From assembly GCF_006345805.1 (NCBI RefSeq), contig NC_043003.1:19034001-19098000 (forward strand): a stretch of 64,000 nucleotides of DNA. The letters are read 5' to 3'. A program made the translations under genes and the position numbers. How positions within the stretch are numbered: position 1 is the first letter of the stretch; each line of letters begins with the position of its first letter. This document shows positions 38,600 through 51,433 of this stretch, in pieces. This stretch comes from Octopus sinensis. Taxonomy: Eukaryota. A model generated the notes under the pieces. It searched no databases, was not told the DNA's origin, and saw only the letters and a program-made list of their open reading frames with translations.

Positions 38600-40194
38600 G
38601 TATTTAGACCAGTCACCAAGAAGTCATTGATTTTTGTGAACCTAATTATTGAAATCAAAGGAAAATTTCTTGAAACAATTATTTTATTAATCTTTTTAAG
38701 GATTCTTTATTGGTTCCCAATGTATATCTCTATATTTGGTGGTTTGGAGATGTAGCTTCTTCAGTGTCTAGTTTTCTTATACTGGTATAAGATAGATAGA
38801 TTTTGGAAAAGTTGGGCATTTATATATTGTTGCAGTGTATTATTTGACAATTAGATGACCATTTAATCATGAAACTGAAGTTATATTGTTAACCAAGTGG
38901 ACGGAATCAAGCTGCTTTTTTGCTCTCCCCAGTAATATATTATTCAGTGGCTGTAGCAAGTGTTGAACTCTTGACCATGAGATCAGAAGCTGCAAGGCTT
39001 AACCTTATTGTCATCCACTGAAGTAATAAAATGGGTAACTATTAAGTGGTTGGTTAAATAAGGATGAGAAGCAATTGAACACAGCCTTGAGCACCCCTTG
39101 TTTGAGTCATTCAATTTGTTATCCCCAGCTCAGTTTCATCCTTACTCAACAGTAAACGAAATTTAGCATTTAAACTTCTTAAGATAAAAAGCAAAAATAT
39201 TTCCCAAAACAGACACTACCCACTAACGTAATTATGAAACATAATTATTTTTTTTTTGGTTTTAAATTCAAATATAAAACCAAAACAAAAAAAACAAAAC
39301 AAAAGCCAACCCCATTGATAGGAGGAAAGAATTATATTCCAAAAAAAATATACAAAGTTAGATACGTTATTTAAGAGTAGTGTGGATTAGCATGTGGTGA
39401 GTTACAAGGTAAGTGATGTTTTTATGGATAAACCCTTGAGGACTATTTCAAATTTGGCTGAGATTGTCATGTTTAACAAACTAAACTGCACTTTTGCCTT
39501 ATAGTTAAGAAATGCATTGTTTTTAGCTTTCTTTTGTCTGTTTGTGTGTATGTGTGAGTCTGTGTATATGTCTGACCACAATATATACTCATTCTTGTTA
39601 ATTTTCGTGAAATATCACCTTGTTTCCAGTTTTACCCAGTGTTTTTTGTTGTTTTAATTAATTTGGTATTGCATTTCAAAGAGGTCACCACGTTAATTGC
39701 ACATTACAAAAATTTTTTTAAAAAAGTAATAATTACACACCCAGCATGTATTTTTATACACCACATCCTCAACACACTCTTATAATTGCATGGTTTTCCA
39801 CAAATTTATCATAATTATTTTGCATGCTTCACTGTTGTTCATAACAGTATTTATGGATTTGATTTCTATTGGAGAGAAAACATAGATCAGCATTTAGGAT
39901 TATCTATACCATTTTTATAAAATGGTAATTAGTGTTTGTATTTATCAGGATATAAATTGATGTTTTAAAGGAAATTAGCTTTCTTTAATCAGATATCTTG
40001 ATTTTTTTTTCGAACTGCAAGCATACTGGGTTTTTTGATACTTCTTTACTATAATAGATAAACTAACTAAAACTAAACACATCTTGTAAAGAATTTCATG
40101 TATGGATATTGATTTGTATGTACGTATGTATATATATGTATATATATATATATATATCGTGCTAGCACGGAAAACGGACGTTAAACGATGATGA

Positions 40195-40232
<38 letters not shown>

Positions 40233-40344
40233 GTTGGGAAAATTGAGTCATTGCCAAAGTAGCTTGTTGAATAATTCATTGAAATAAAGAAAAAAGGTGT
40301 CCTGCTTGATAAATAATAATAATGATAATAAAAATAATAATTAT

Positions 40345-40645
40345 TATTATTATTCACTTAACTTCTGATTTGTCTATGTCATGTCCTAGCTTCTTCCTGC
40401 AGCTTAGAAATGCAACACTTTTCTCAACACATGAGTTGTTCCAAGTATTGTTGCCAGCTGAATACTTCATATGAAGTTTGGTGTCCGTGGCTTTTGATGC
40501 CAGAATATTGCCCTCTTTCAGATGGTCCCAAGTGCACCAATCACAATAGGTACCACACTCAACTTTTGAGGCTCTCTGGATTCGTTCCATTTCCAATGCT
40601 AGGTCTTGATACTTCCCAACTTTCTTGCCCTCTGTCTTTATTATT
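40345..40645 (-). mobile_element. 3' end of an RLE-type non-LTR retrotransposon (R4/Dong-like), 5'-truncated
   Basis: KVGKYQDLALEMERI / VVPIVIGALGTI / IQLATILGTTHVLRKVLHF*, short 3' UTR, (AAT)n tail, (TTA)n at the 5' junction. Confidence 0.8.
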
Positions 40646-43299
40646 ATTATTATTACTATCATCATCATTCTTATTAAGGTGGCCAGACAAAATGCTTAGT
40701 AACATTTCATCTGTCTTTATGTGCCAAGGTTATCTTCACCCATCATCATTTTGTGGTCTATAAAATAAGTACCAGTCAGGTATTGGAGTCGATAGAATTG
40801 ACTTCACAGTCATCAAAAACTGCTGGCTTTGTGCCGGAATTTGAAATCATTATTATCATCATTATTATTGTTGGGCGGTGAACTGGCAGAATTGTTAGCA
40901 CACTGCGCGAAATGCTTAATGGCATTTCGTCTGTCTTCGGGTTTTGAGTTCAAATTCCACCGAGGTTGACTTTGCCTTTCATCTTTTCAAGGTTAATAAA
41001 GTAAGTACCAGTTACGCACTGGAGTCAATGTGATCTTCTAACCCCCTCCCAGCAAATTTCAGGCCTTGTGCCTATAGTAGAAAGGATTATCATTATTATT
41101 ATTATTATTATCAAGGCAGAATTGTTAGCGCGCTGAACGAAAAGCTTAGCGGTATTTTGTCTGCCTTTACGTTCTGAGTTCAAATTCTGCCGAGGTCGAC
41201 TTGGCCTTTCATCCTTTCGGGGTCAATTAAATAAGTACCAGTTACACACTGGGGCTGGTGTAATCAACTTAATCTCCCCTCCTCCAAGCTGCCCCTGTGT
41301 CAAAAATATGAAATCATTACTATTATTATTAATATTTTTCCACCTAAGTCAACATTGCCTTTCATCTTTTCGGGGTTGATAAAAGAAGTACCAGTCAAGT
41401 ACCGAGGGTGATGTAATCAACTTACTCCCTCCTCTCAAAAACTGTTGGCCCTGTACCAAAATTTTAAACCATTATTATTATTATTTGGTATTAATTATTT
41501 TAAATTAATGCTGTTGAAATAGTGTACTTAAGAGTTCGATTTGAATGAGATTCCAGGAATGTATTTCATGATATGTCAACAATACGTTTTATAGAAGTTT
41601 TTTTTTTTTTTTTTAAATAATTCATTTTTCCCATTCAATACTTTTGGTTTGTTGATTGTTGCATGGGTTCTTTCTTTTAATTTTTCTGAAAGCTTAATGT
41701 TTTATTCCCACTTTAAGCCAGTGTTTTTCTCTTTCTGCACTTAGGGATGCTCAAAATTTTGTCAATCATCATCAAAACAAAAAAAAATCAATATGATTGT
41801 TCTTATTTGTTGTCATGAAAAGAAATAACAACAAAAATGTATTATTGTATTTTGTCTTTTTAGTGTTTTTAAATCTACTTATTTTCTTTACATTATTTAT
41901 TTATAATCTTCAATTATAATTTTCAATTATTTTTACAAATCCTTCTTATTTTCATATGACAGAAGTTTCTCACAAATCTCTGGCATTTTTAAGTTTTGCT
42001 AGTATTTTACTTCAGTTTGTCTTCTTGAAGGTCATCAGTCACACACACATTATATGTTTTTGATGATTTTTGGTGTACCGATGTAAGTTGCTGTCTTCCT
42101 TAGTTTCAAAACTATGCTTGTCAAAGCGACTGTAATCAGTCGATCCATTTAGAATATATTTGCTTTGAGGTTTTAGAGATTCCCACTGGAATATACCACA
42201 AAGGTTATCTCTGACAACAATTGAATTCAGAAACAGTAGAGTTTGCATTAAAATTTGAAATATCACAGCTATGAACCATCTACTGTTACTAGCTTGATAT
42301 AGTGTAATGCTAATAGTTATTAGCTATTCTTAACAGTTTTATGTCTATTTTATACTCTTGAAGAAGATGTCAAGCTGGCAGAAATATTGGGATCTCAGAC
42401 AAAATGCTTAGTGGCATTTCTTCTGGTTCTTTATGTTCCCGGTTCAAATCCTCATGAGATCAACTTTGCCTTTCGTCTCTTAGTCAAATAATTGATTGTC
42501 CCCTCTTCTCAATATTACTGGCCTTGAAAAGGCAGTAAGCTGACATTATCATTAGCACATCAGACAAAATGATTAGTGGCATTTTGTCCATCTCTAAATT
42601 CTGAGTTCATATTCTTCTGAGGTTAACTTTGCCTTTCATCCTTTCAGGATCAATAAAATAAGTACCAGTTGATCACTGGGGTCAGTTTAATCAACTTAAC
42701 CCCTTCTCCAAAATTGCTGGCCTTGTGACAAGATCTGAAACCAGCTTTTGTATCCTGTTCAGGGTGAATGTTGTGTATCAGTCACTTAACAAGCCATGAA
42801 AGCTGGGTAACTGGCCTCATGAGTCCAAGGGCTCAAGATAAAAAAATTTTTTTAATAATAATAATAATAATAATAATAAAATGCTCTACAAATCAGAGGT
42901 TAGCCATGAGCTGTGGAATTTTTTCAATGAGTTCATGAAAGATCATGTACCATAAATGTTTGCTGACAATTTAGGAAAAAAATTCATGCCTTGTGGCTGT
43001 GGTAGAGTCTTATTCAGGATTAGCTGTCTGATTATTTGAAACCTGTCTTGAGTTGAACTTAGAACATGTTATTCTGGCCTCTTTCACTGCAAAATAATGT
43101 TATTGTAATAATGTAACTAGCATTCTTCATTTATTAATCTGAATTAAGTTTTCCTTTTGAACTATATTCCCCCGGTGTATATCTATAGCAGTTGTCTTGA
43201 CAAATCGTGTGCATGGTGAACAGTGATATCAGTAAATAATTTGCTCACTGAAGTTACTAGAGCCACAAGATCTTGTTAGATTTATTAGTCCAGAGTGTC

Positions 43300-43345
43300 T
43301 TTGGCTGATAAGACACAATAATGTCAAAACACTGGATGTCCCAGA
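43300..43345 (+). ncRNA. Inactivated hammerhead of the same family as 62938-62985
   Basis: tttgg-CTGATAA-gacac..tgtc-AAAA-cac..tgtc-ccaga. Stems I and II intact, G8 and G12 mutated to A. Confidence 0.65.
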
Positions 43346-44604
43346 CTCCCTTTATATTAAAGAATCAAGTGTATTATGAGCACACAATCATTTGAAAGGA
43401 GTTGTTCTCCTACCATGAAACGCAACAACGATTAGCATATTCCTGCTTGAATCTGCAGGTATGTATTAGGAACGAATATGCAAATCATCTATTGATGGTG
43501 AACTGGCAGAAATGTTAGCACGCCGGGCAAAATGCTTAGCAGTATTTCGTCTGCCATTACGTTCTGAGTTCAAATTCCGCCGAGGTTGACTTTACCTTTC
43601 ATCCTTTCAGGGTCGATTAAATAAGTACCAGTTACGCACTGGAGTCAATATAATCGACTTAATCTGTTTGTCTGTCCTTCTTTGTCCCCTCTGTGTGTAG
43701 CCCCTTGTGGGTAGTAAAGAAATAGGTATTTTGTCCATCTTTACGTTCTAAATTCAAATTCTGGTGGGGTCAACTTTGCTTTCATCCCTTCAGGTTTGAT
43801 AAAATAAGTACCAGTTGAGCACTGAGGTCAGTGTAATCAACTTAATGGCTCTTGAGTATGAATATAAATTACATCCCTCTGCCAGGAGCCAGTGTGGCAG
43901 AGGGGGCTCATCAAACCAGTAAGATCTCAAGCCATTACCTGGAAGGGGGAACATGAAGGGGCTGTCTAAACTGACTGCCATTTTTTTCAAAGCTAGCAAG
44001 TTTTGTGTGTGTGTGTTTCAATTTGAAAACTTGTGCATTGGTTTAGCAATTCATTTAAAGTCGAATTCCCCATTACCTCAAACCACTTGAATAACTGGTA
44101 CCTGTTTGTTAGCCAGACAGACTCCAGTTTTGCAATAGTCATATGTCTTGTTAAAAAGCACAAAGCAAAAAGCTTTATCTTAGTTTGAACAGATGTAGTT
44201 AGTACAGCACTTTAACACTGTAGTCTTTACATCTCCTTAATTCCTTAATTTTTCCTCAGATGTCTCTTCTAAAATTTTTAATACTAGTGTTGCATGTGTA
44301 TTTCTCTGAGGTATATTATTATTTTTAGTTGTTCTAATAAGTTTGTTTTATGAATAATTGAAATTTTTGCTTGTTTTTGTGTTCTTTATAATTTTTCTCA
44401 CTCGTGTGTCTGTGTGTGTGTATGTGGGTATGTATTTTTCCCACCCCCATTCTATAAATTTGTATTTTTAGGCAATTAATATATAATTGTTTAAACAACT
44501 GGTTGTATATCTTATTTACATTTAGCCTTTATTGCATAAAATTAATATTCTTTTTCAGCTAAAAAAGATTATTATTATTATTGTTGTTGTTATTATTATT
44601 ATTA

Positions 44605-44635
<31 letters not shown>

Positions 44636-45002
44636 TCTGCAAGAGATTGCATGCTATTTTATCTTAGACCCTTTATTTTCCCTATTCGATGGCCCTCCCC
44701 TTCCTCATCCCTGTTCCTTTACATATACACACACACACACAGAGATATAGATGTGCATACATTCACAAACATGCACCCATGCAAATTTAAGAAGAAATAC
44801 TTTTATTTTATAATTCATTTTATTTTGTCTTTCACATATATACATAACTTTATTTTTGGTTTCATTCAAATCTTCACCAACACATTTAGACCCACTCCAC
44901 GAGATTTGACTTTGTCAGCTTTTTTAACGATTTAAAAAAAACAAACAACCGACAACAGAAACAACAACTTCAACAATGATCTTGTATTAACTTATTTTTC
45001 AG

Positions 45003-45029
45003 AAGTTTCTCCAGGCCCGCCTCCTCCAG
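45003..45029 (+). CDS. C2CD5: Candidate 27-nt microexon (phase 1-1): EVSPGPPPP
   Basis: tattaacttatttttcag acceptor, cag/gtgagc donor, frame-preserving, GC-rich island in AT-rich intron. Confidence 0.6.
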
Positions 45030-45689
45030 GTGAGCTGTGGTACCAACTGCTATTTATGGGTAGTCTTGTCTCTAGTCAGTGTTGTTCTGTTCGTACGTAC
45101 ATAGGGTGTTGTTGTTTAGTGCAAAATATTCTTGTCACCAGATGCATTAAGTAAAGCTGAAACCACCCTTCTTGCAAAAAAAACTCCTGCTTCATTGTGA
45201 AACCAGTCGACTATGTTTCTTATCTGTTGCTATACAACCCAAGTTCTCTTACTCAGTCTAGAAAGTTTATTTTGTTTCACTGTTGTTCGTTGTTTCATTT
45301 TTCATTTTTTTTTTTTAATGGTCAGAAGAAGAAGAAAATGAAAATATTTTTCTGCTTTTGTAAGTTAATTTTCTGAAATGCGTTGTTTCTAACACAATAT
45401 GAAGTTTCCGGATTATGGAGCCGTTATTGCTTATTGACCTCATATTTCATATTTGTTTCTGTGTTCAACACCATATTTTGATTCCTCCATTCTTTGATTG
45501 CCTTATTATACATATAGCTATGTCTTGTGGCTGGTATGCAATTATACACACACACACATGAAAAAAATGATCAAGGACCTTTCTCAAACCAAAGGCTCAT
45601 AAGATCGATTTCCCAAATTGTGTGGCAAAGGTCTGTGTACACACAATTACTTTGGGTTATTGCGTTTTTATAGCAGTGAAACCGTAAGG

Positions 45690-45721
<32 letters not shown>

Positions 45722-45767
45722 TGATTATTGAATGACAAAGGAACCTGAATTATGTAAACAACTTAAC

Positions 45768-45846
45768 TAGCTTACAGCTGTTTCTATTGTGAAAATTCAC
45801 TCAGAGATGAGTGTTTGTGCATCATCTTATAGCTTCTTCAGAGCCA
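45768..45846 (-). ncRNA. Type I hammerhead-like motif with long stem II insertion
   Basis: Minus strand tggct-CTGAAGA-(50 nt)-GAAACAGCTGTA-agcta. 5-bp stem I, base of stem II imperfect. Confidence 0.5.
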
Positions 45847-46210
45847 TTAAAATGAAGTGTATGTTTATTTAAGAAAGCATTTAAATGCATAGAAATGATT
45901 ACCTTTGGAACCCTGTATATGCATAAATAATATTATACATACATACATACATACATGAACACATGAATATATCTACATTTCTATGAAATGCAAAATTACA
46001 GCCATAAACTTATACACTCAAATGTGTATGTATATGCTTTATATGTATATCTAAATAAGAACAGGGTAACTGAAGGCTGTCTCTTGTCACAGTCTGATCA
46101 AAATGTGTTGAACAAAGATACATGTTATATAAGGTTATTAGACCAGAAATTTTTAATTACTTTTCCTGTTTTTGACAAATTATTCAATTTCTATTTTTAA
46201 AAATGTCTTC

Positions 46211-46440
46211 AACCCTTCTGTTACCATATTTCTGTTTAAATACAGTGCTTTTGTTTCAATTAATTTAAAAAATAATGAAGAATTTAGTAAACTAATTTTG
46301 TCATTATTAAACTGGTGTTTGAAACATAAACTGACATGAAATTTCGAGGGAGGGAAGGTTTTAATTTGGATCACTGTAAAAAGCAAGTTTATATCATAGA
46401 ACCAAGGGTGATCTTGGTTGGCTTTGTATCAAAAGGGTTA
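46211..46440. mobile_element. piggyBac-like MITE family P2 (also 6328-6560, 24055-24242, 24527-24756)
   Basis: aaccctt(t/c)tgttaccatatttctg...gtatcaaaagggTTAA termini; shared internal sequence. Confidence 0.7.
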
Positions 46441-46706
46441 ACTCATCAAATGAAAATATTTGTTTAAATTTCCGTATTTTAGTTACATACAAAAGTATAA
46501 AAAAAAACATTTTCATTTTTCCTCTTCATCATCTTCATGAGTATTTTTTTTGTTTTTTGTGTAAAGTGCCTAGCGCAGGAGGTAGGTCCTTGCTAAATTG
46601 AGCCTGCAATGCCGTTTCCATTTGTGGCTAAAGATAATTGCTAATTCATTTCTCTTATGCTGCTGTTGCTCTTTATAACAATCATCATTGTCAAAAAATC
46701 ACAACC

Positions 46707-46737
<31 letters not shown>

Positions 46738-49241
46738 ATATATAAATAAAGTTTAAGCTTTATAAAAAAATAATTAATTTTCTGTTACAATTTTGAGTCC
46801 TTATTAGCTTTCTGGAAACTTATCTTCATATCTAATCTGGCATATGGCCAAATGTGGGAGTAGTTAGGAATCTAAATCGTAGGAGACAGACACACAACTT
46901 CACTTTTATATATAAAGATATGAAATAATCTACAATGTGTTGGTATATCTCAAGCAACATGGTTAGAGTATAGAATAGAATATTGTCTGTGTGGTTAAAT
47001 ACCATTAATAGGAGAGGCTACAACAGAAAGATTATGTAATAAAGTATAAGAATGTATGTATGCAACAAAGCCTCTATAAGCTAGAAACCCCTAAACCTCA
47101 AAGAAGCCCATCGTGTGTGTGTGTGTCCTTAACTCAACATTACATGATAGTTTTTAAATGACTGTTATTGTTTTCAATCTTTCCTGTAAACATGTCCAGC
47201 CATTTGGAAATATTACCTTGCTTGGAAACCAGTTGGGTTTGGCAACAGGAAAGGCATCCAATCATAGAAAATCTGCCTCATCAAATTCCACTTGACCCAT
47301 CAAGCATGAAAAAGTAGATGTTAAAGTGATGATGGTGATGATGACTATAGAGTAAAATTATTCTGGTACACACATGCACACACACAATTTTATACTCTTA
47401 CTGCCCTTCCATATGAATGAATTAACACCCTCCCCCTTTAATGATGCCATTCAGATTACCCACCTCTCACTGATTCTCTGTCATCATTCTTGAGGAACTA
47501 ATTTCTTTTTTTATTTCTATCTTTTGTAACTTTAATTGATTTGAGTCAAATTTGTTTCGGATATTTGAATCATTAAAAATTGGAAACCTGCTTTTATGAG
47601 AGGTTGAATGAAGAGAATGGATAGAACTGAGAAGCTTGCTTTGGTTAAGCTTCTTTTGTTAAGAAGCTTGCTTTGCAACTGTGTGATTTCAGGTTCGGTC
47701 CCACTGCACAGCACCTTGGGCAAGTGTTTTTTACTATAGCTTTGAGCTAACAAATGCTTTGTGAATGAATTTGGAAACTGTGAAAGCCCATTGTGTGTGT
47801 GTTTTTTTTTCGTCACCACACTGCTTGATGACAGGTGTTGCTTTATTTACATCCCTGTAACACATTATTTCTCGACCATTTTTTACCTGTGGGACCCTTT
47901 TGATCCCTAATTTACTGGGATGGACCTCCTAGCCATTCATTATTTTAAAAATTACGTTTTTATAATTAAATATAATTAGGAACTGTATTAAAAAAAAGAT
48001 TAAAATATTTGGTGTTTTGGAGAAGTATAAGCAATTTATTGCTCATAAATTTCAAAAATAAAATCCCTGTGGACCCCAAAGGATCAGGTGAAACTTGGTT
48101 GAGAACCACCAGTCTAAACAATGTTGACTCAATAGGGAGACCAGCTATCCAAATTGACAATAGTAAGGTAGCAGGTATGACTGAGGATATGAAAGCAAAG
48201 AAAGCATAGGTGTAGGAGTGGCTGTGTGGTAAGTAGCTTGCTTACCAACCACATGGTTCCAGGTTCAGTCCCACTGCGTGGCACCTTGGGCAAAGTGTCT
48301 TCTACTATAGCCTCAGGCCAACCAAAGCCTTGTGAGTGGATTTGGTAGACGGAAACTGAAAGAAGCTCATCGTATATATGTATATATGACAACCGATGCT
48401 GGTGTGTTTACGTTCCCATAACTTAGTGGTTTGGCAAAAGAGACCAATAGAATAAGTACTAGGCATCCAAAGAATAAGTCCTGGGGTCGATTTGCTCAAC
48501 TAAAGGCGATGCTCCAGCATGACCACAGTCAAATGACTGAAACAAGTAAAAGAATAAAGCAGCATAGTCCATGACAAATAGTCACTGAGATAAAAACCAC
48601 TGTTGTAAAGCATAGCTGTGTGGTTAAGAAGCTTGTTTTGCAACCATGTGATTTCAGGTTCAGTCCCACTGCACAGCACCTTGGGCAAGTGTTTTTTACT
48701 ACAGCTTTGAGCTAACAAATGCTTTGTGAATGAATTTGGTTGTTGTGGACTGTGGAAGCCCATTGTGTGTTTTTTTTTCCTCACCACACTGCTTGATGAC
48801 AGGTGTTGCTTTATTTACATCCCTGTAACTTAGCGGTTCAGCAAAAGAGACTGGTAGAATAAGTATCAGACTTAAAAACCAAGTACTGGGGTGAATTTGT
48901 TTGACTAAATACTTTGAAGCAGTACCCCAGCATGGCCACAGTGCAGTGTGTAAAACAAGTGAAAGATAGAACACAGTCATTTGCACAAGAAGAGCTAATA
49001 GTCAATGTCTAATATAGCCACATTGTCAACTGCTACAAGGGCAAAGGAGATACACTAGAGAGAAGAAACTGCCTCAGTAAACTTCCCTAAAAGTGGACAT
49101 AAAATAATTGAATACAGTTCTGTATTTAAGAGATGAGGAATTACATACATTATTTACATTTGACGGATATTTGTTCTCATCTCGTTGTATATGAGTAATC
49201 TTTTTACCACCTTGTTTCACATTTATGTGTTTACTCCGGTG

Positions 49242-49294
<53 letters not shown>

Positions 49295-49520
49295 TCACAT
49301 ACACATCATGTTTGATGGCATGTAAGACGCACTTCATTTTTCCAAGAAATGTCTAAGAAAAATTATTCTCTGTGCAAAGTTGAGCTTCCCATAAACTAAT
49401 ATTACATACTTTAATGTACTACAAACTTTTCTCTTGAATATGCACTTTGGAAACTGAAGTCCATCTAACTATGTCCATGTGTCTTTTATGCCATCAAATA
49501 ATACACACACACACACACAA

Positions 49521-49590
49521 AAGTGTTATGCTGTTTCTTTTACACACACACACGTGTGTGTGTGTGTGTAAAAGAAACAGCATAACACTT
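49521..49590. repeat. Spacer-less palindrome centred on (CA)n/(GT)n
   Basis: aagtgttatgctgtttctttt(ac)6|(gt)8aaaagaaacagcataacactt. Confidence 0.9.
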
Positions 49591-50110
49591 CTCTATGAGC
49601 AAAGCAAATATGTATTGCTTGAAGACCTATGGCCGAGTAACCCCATTGTCTCATAGTAGTTGTCTTCAATTGCTCTCTATCCTGTCCTCCTCCGCTACTC
49701 TATTCTAGCTATAATCAATTAACAAAGAAACAAAAGGTAATTTTCTTACCTTTTTTTTTCTTCCTGTTTACATTTTCATGATTTCTTTTGACAATGAATT
49801 GTGAAAAACGGTGTGCTCTGAGATAGCCTGATAGCATTCAAAAGCTTTCAATGTAGTTATGATGTTCTCTCTAAATGCAATTTTCATTTACACCTTTAGT
49901 TCTTCTTTTTTAAATTTTTTTTTTTAAATTTCACTTTCGCCACCATTTCCTTCTCCCACAATCTCTTATACTAAAATATTAAGTACCATATAAAAAAAAA
50001 ACTAAACTAAACATCCCAAAACATCAATCCTGTGCTTCATAGGCAAATACAGCTGAAGACCGCAATTTTACCTCCCATCCTTCCAAGGGTGATGAATATG
50101 TATATGTATA

Positions 50111-50142
<32 letters not shown>

Positions 50143-50271
50143 AAAGGGTAAAATTAATTAATTAGTAATTAATTATTCCACCAAGTAGTATTCGGCATGT
50201 TAAAAGGACCATTATCGGTAAACTTAAACAATATTTTTTTTGTTATTATGAGTATAATTATAAAAAAATAT

Positions 50272-50308
<37 letters not shown>

Positions 50309-51038
50309 GGTACTGGTCAAATACTCGGACTGATATAATTGTCTGTTTCCATCCCCTGAATTTCTATCCTTGTTCCTATTTTAGAAATTACTATTGTTAT
50401 TGCTGTTTGTAGAGAAGTGGTTGCTTTCCATTGGTCTTAAGAAGCTATGTGCTTAGTTGCCTTATGTCTCTTCTTTAGTAATCAACAGTTGTACCATAAT
50501 CGTTATCTTGGAAGATATACCTCTATGTATGTGTGTATGTACGTAATATATATATATATATATTATATGTACATGCATGCATGCATTAAAATTAAATACA
50601 CTTATATGCGTAGTAATCTCACTGCAAATTGTTTTTTTTGTTCTTCTTATTGCTTTTGAGTTTGGTTGTTATTTTTATTATTATTATTATTATTTTCTTC
50701 TCGTGTCAGTCATTGTATAAAGTGAAATTGGATACTGGGTGTCAGAGTAGCTTGGCGGTTATGTTCGTAGCGGAGCTTTGTGATAGCAATTAAAACAAAA
50801 ACAACTGTGATTCCATGCTATAACTATGGCAGTTATGAGAATAGTTACTTATCTAGAACATGAATTCATTTAAAATTGATAAGATTTCATTCTTCTCTCT
50901 CTCTCTCTCTCTTTCTCTCACACATACACAATCCATTGACAGATTATAAACCTCAGCTGTACATCAAATGTTTCATGTATTTATGGTGGATACTCTTCCA
51001 AATATTTCTCAAAATGTTAGTTAACACTTAGTAATAAA

Positions 51039-51433
51039 CTAGCAGTATCGCCCGGCGTTACTAGGGTTTGTAAGGGAAATAACTATATAAGCATTTTTAG
51101 AGATGTAAAGTATAATAGCCATCTCAATATGGCTAACCACAAAGGGGGGTGTTACTGTAGCTTTTTACGTTCTGAGATTTAATAATACATTTTTAGAGAG
51201 TTACTTCCCTTATATAATAGCAAAAAAATGCATTAAAAATGGGGAAAAATGATGGTAAATTTTTTTTTAAATCGTAGACTCATCGTAGACGCACGCTAAT
51301 ACCCAGAAGGGCTCGATATGAACCACGACTATAAGATACCTGCTTTTGGTTACACTGCACCGCAAAATGTGGGAGTAGTTAGGAATCTAAATCGTAGGAG
51401 ACAGACACACAATTTCACTTTTATATATAAAGA
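51039..51433 (-). mobile_element. Non-autonomous Helitron (5' fragment also at 46850-46918)
   Basis: Minus strand A|TCTTTATATATAAAAG ... GCCGGGCGATACTGCTAG|T: TC start, CTAG end, A/T target. 69-nt near-identical fragment at 46850. Confidence 0.75.

Noticed and set aside
40345-41480. R4/Dong relic as partner LINE of the adjacent family-M SINE array
   Set aside because: Sense tails differ, (AAT)n versus (ATT)n, and there is no 3' sequence similarity.
42016-42089. Possible exon ending at gtaagt near 42084
   Set aside because: Phase 1-to-2 would frameshift and no partner exon was found.
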